Shown: piece after piece, positions 63,102 to 64,000 of the stretch
Layout: each line of letters starts with the position of its first letter
Position numbering within the stretch: the stretch's first letter is position 1
Assembly (NCBI RefSeq): GCF_964204645.1
Contig: NC_134029.1
Span: 24,768,534 to 24,832,533 of the forward strand
Length of the DNA: 64,000 nt
Reading direction: 5' to 3'
Source of the DNA: Tubulanus polymorphus
Lineage: Eukaryota; Animalia; Nemertea
Position numbers and translations under genes: made by a program
Notes under the pieces: model-generated
Database searches by the model: none
Told to the model about the DNA's origin: nothing
What the model saw: only the letters and a program-made list of their open reading frames with translations

Positions 63102-63525
63102 ATGGACGTCCGTTATATCGTTGTCTAGGTATGAATCGTCTGATCAGTCTACTACTACTACTTCCGGTGGCGGTATATTTTGGAAAATTGGACGCCATAT
63201 AATCTTGCTCTATTTCATCCCAATCACCTCGATTCCGATGCAGAATCTCATTCTCCAGCGAATCTATCAATTCAACTTCCGCTTTCGCCTCTTCTTCTTT
63301 TTCATCGCGAACCTCGTTTTCGAATTCTCCGCCATCTTGTTTTTTCCGGTCGTCGTCATCGTCGTCACCTTGATTTTCGTAGTACGGCGACGGCGCCGAC
63401 CTTGAACTCGAGTCGTCTGTATCGTAGGTCTCGTAGTAATCTGTATAATCGTTCGGTTGGAACAAGTTTTGTAACAAGTTGAAGGAGAATTCGGATTCGT
63501 CGTTGTCTAAAATCAATTCATCGCT
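63058..63525 (-). CDS. Terminal exon of an uncharacterised acidic, low-complexity protein
   Basis: Acceptor ATATTCCAG| then an open D/E-rich frame (SDELILDNDESE...DDDDDDRKK...); upstream exons not resolved. Confidence 0.55.
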   Translation of the reverse strand, partial: SDELILDNDESEFSFNLLQNLFQPNDYTDYYETYDTDDSSSRSAPSPYYENQGDDDDDDRKKQDGGEFENEVRDEKEEEAKAEVELIDSLENEILHRNRGDWDEIEQDYMASNFPKYTATGSSSSRLIRRFIPRQRYNGRPLTRDRIETVETTQQ

Positions 63526-63917
63526 CTGGAATATTTTAAATAGATTCAGGCGTTAGATTCATTATAAGATTTGACTCCATTTGGTGGGGGCGAGGGGGGG
63601 GGGGGGTCGGTGGGGTGCGTCGGGGTCACTGGTATGTAGAGTATAATAACCAGAAGTAATTCTGAAACTGAAGACCCCTGATGATATCGAATCCCACAAT
63701 ACGACGAGAGTCGTCTTCAAGAGAATTCACGTTTATTTCATCAGTATGTGTGAATACGGATATATACATTCAAAACGTCAAATAAACTACCAGCTCAAGA
63801 AAACATTTCGCACTTGTTTTATACTTTAAAAGAGGAAACTTGTGTAGAATAAGTAAAACGCGGACGGTGCTTTATTAAGTGTGACTTGAAGTACGATATA
63901 ACCCTATACTCATTCAC

Positions 63918-64000
63918 CTGATGAAGCTTCTTTACACTAGAAACGAAACCTCGTACTTCAAATAAACTATAGTCACATCTATATAGTATTATCTGTCTCG
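63918..64000 (+). other. Hammerhead-like motif in a dispersed repeat, relative of 21778
   Basis: CTGATGAAGCTTCT..AGAAAC-GAAA..TC-AAATAAA...CTATATAGTA..TGTCTCG aligns with 21778-21856. Confidence 0.4.

Noticed and set aside
63650-63770. Candidate upstream exon for the acidic ORF
   Set aside because: The open frames do not match the phase of the 63525 acceptor, and the phase-matching frame has a stop.

Overview
This is an AT-rich, gene-dense animal (invertebrate-type) nuclear window with short GT-AG introns and TTAGGG-type telomeric motifs; the species cannot be fixed from the sequence alone. I reconstructed about 14 protein-coding genes by hand: an NRF-6/OACYL-like acyltransferase (5' partial), PGGT1B, RGP1, SPG11 (spatacsin), KGD4/MRPS36, nanos, PPIB, a PTCD2-like gene, a TPR membrane protein, ETFA, RPS15, a death-domain-like gene, an intronless class-A GPCR nested on the same strand in that gene's intron, and an orphan acidic exon. 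Ten of these form five head-to-head pairs. Notable non-coding features: (1) five SNORD31/U31-type C/D snoRNAs in RPS15 introns, four as a hairpin-spaced tandem array in one intron; (2) repeated tandem duplications that copy splice sites or stop codons; (3) a ~230-bp palindrome with four divergent CTCF-like motifs, plus other dispersed CTCF-like sites; (4) hammerhead-like motifs of Penelope type, MITEs, SINE-like heads and many minisatellites. Most long ORFs over repeats in the supplied track are artefacts. Exon boundaries were read manually and may be off by a few bases.
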